Positions 63,461 through 64,000 of a stretch of 64,000 nucleotides of DNA are shown here, in pieces. The notes under the pieces are model-generated. The model saw only the letters and a list, made by a program, of their open reading frames with translations, made no database searches and was not told the origin of the DNA. The translations under genes were made by a program, and so were the position numbers. Source of the stretch: Eledone cirrhosa (lineage: Eukaryota). Numbering within the stretch: the first letter of the stretch is position 1; each line of letters starts with the position of its first letter. The stretch covers positions 40,486,001-40,550,000 of the forward strand of contig OZ024752.1 in the NCBI GenBank assembly GCA_964016885.1, written 5' to 3'.

Positions 63461-63707
63461 GGTGCGATAAACATTTTAAAATGAGCAGTTTTGTGACATA
63501 AATCCAAAGCAGTTTCTTGCAATTTGCTATGAAAAGGGTTAATTATTATTAAAATAACCATTATAATTAATTTTCTTTATCATATTGTTATGTGATGTTA
63601 TAACTGAACTTAGGAAGAATTGTCATTTCTTTCAGAAGAAATATTTCTTAGTTGGAATTTCTATATTATAAATTTTATTTGTCTACAAAGACATGGTGTT
63701 ATTAGGT

Positions 63708-64000
63708 GGATTGGTAGAATTGGTAGAGCGTCGGATGCCATGCTTTGGATTGGTAGAATTGGTAGAGCGTCGGACGCCATGCTTTGGATTGGTAGAATTG
63801 GTAGAGCGTCGGACACCATGCTTTGGATTGGTAGTATTGGTAGAGCGTCGGACACCATGCTTTGGATTGGTAGAATTGGTAGAGCGTCGGACACTATGCT
63901 TTGGATTGGTAGAATTGGTAGAGCGTTGGACACCATGCTTTGGATTGGTAGTATTGGTAGAGCATTGGACACCATGCTTTGGATTGGTAGAATTGGTAGA
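63708..64000 (+). repeat. 39-bp tandem amplification of the family-2 SINE head
   Basis: Unit ggattggtagaattggtagagcgtcggacaccatgcttt; runs off the window end. Confidence 0.92.

Overview
AT-rich, repeat-dense animal genomic DNA, most likely a cephalopod such as Octopus (inferred from the SINE/LINE families and very long introns, not proven). It is not prokaryotic, and almost all ORFs in the supplied track are repeat artefacts. The window is the interior of one + strand, intron-rich gene. I traced 21 small GT-AG exons (4534-60338, about 1.44 kb of coding sequence, all splice phases compatible). They encode PH1-PH2-ArfGAP (C-x2-C-x16-C-x2-C-x4-R)-ankyrin-start of PH3, i.e. an ARAP-family protein whose start and end lie outside the window. 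Introns hold tRNA-derived SINEs of two families, RTE/CR1/CRE-like LINE fragments, piggyBac-like and Tc1-like MITEs, a non-autonomous Helitron and many minisatellites grown from TE pieces. Most notable: (1) a 76-nt antisense copy of the branch point, acceptor and 5' part of an in-frame-skippable ArfGAP zinc-finger exon lies 5.4 kb upstream, as the outer layer of nested inverted repeats, making it a candidate splicing switch or ADAR editing-complementary sequence; (2) intronic minimal hammerhead-ribozyme motifs, one in sense orientation; (3) SINE/LINE tails carrying an expandable 46-49 bp VNTR (1 to about 80 copies).
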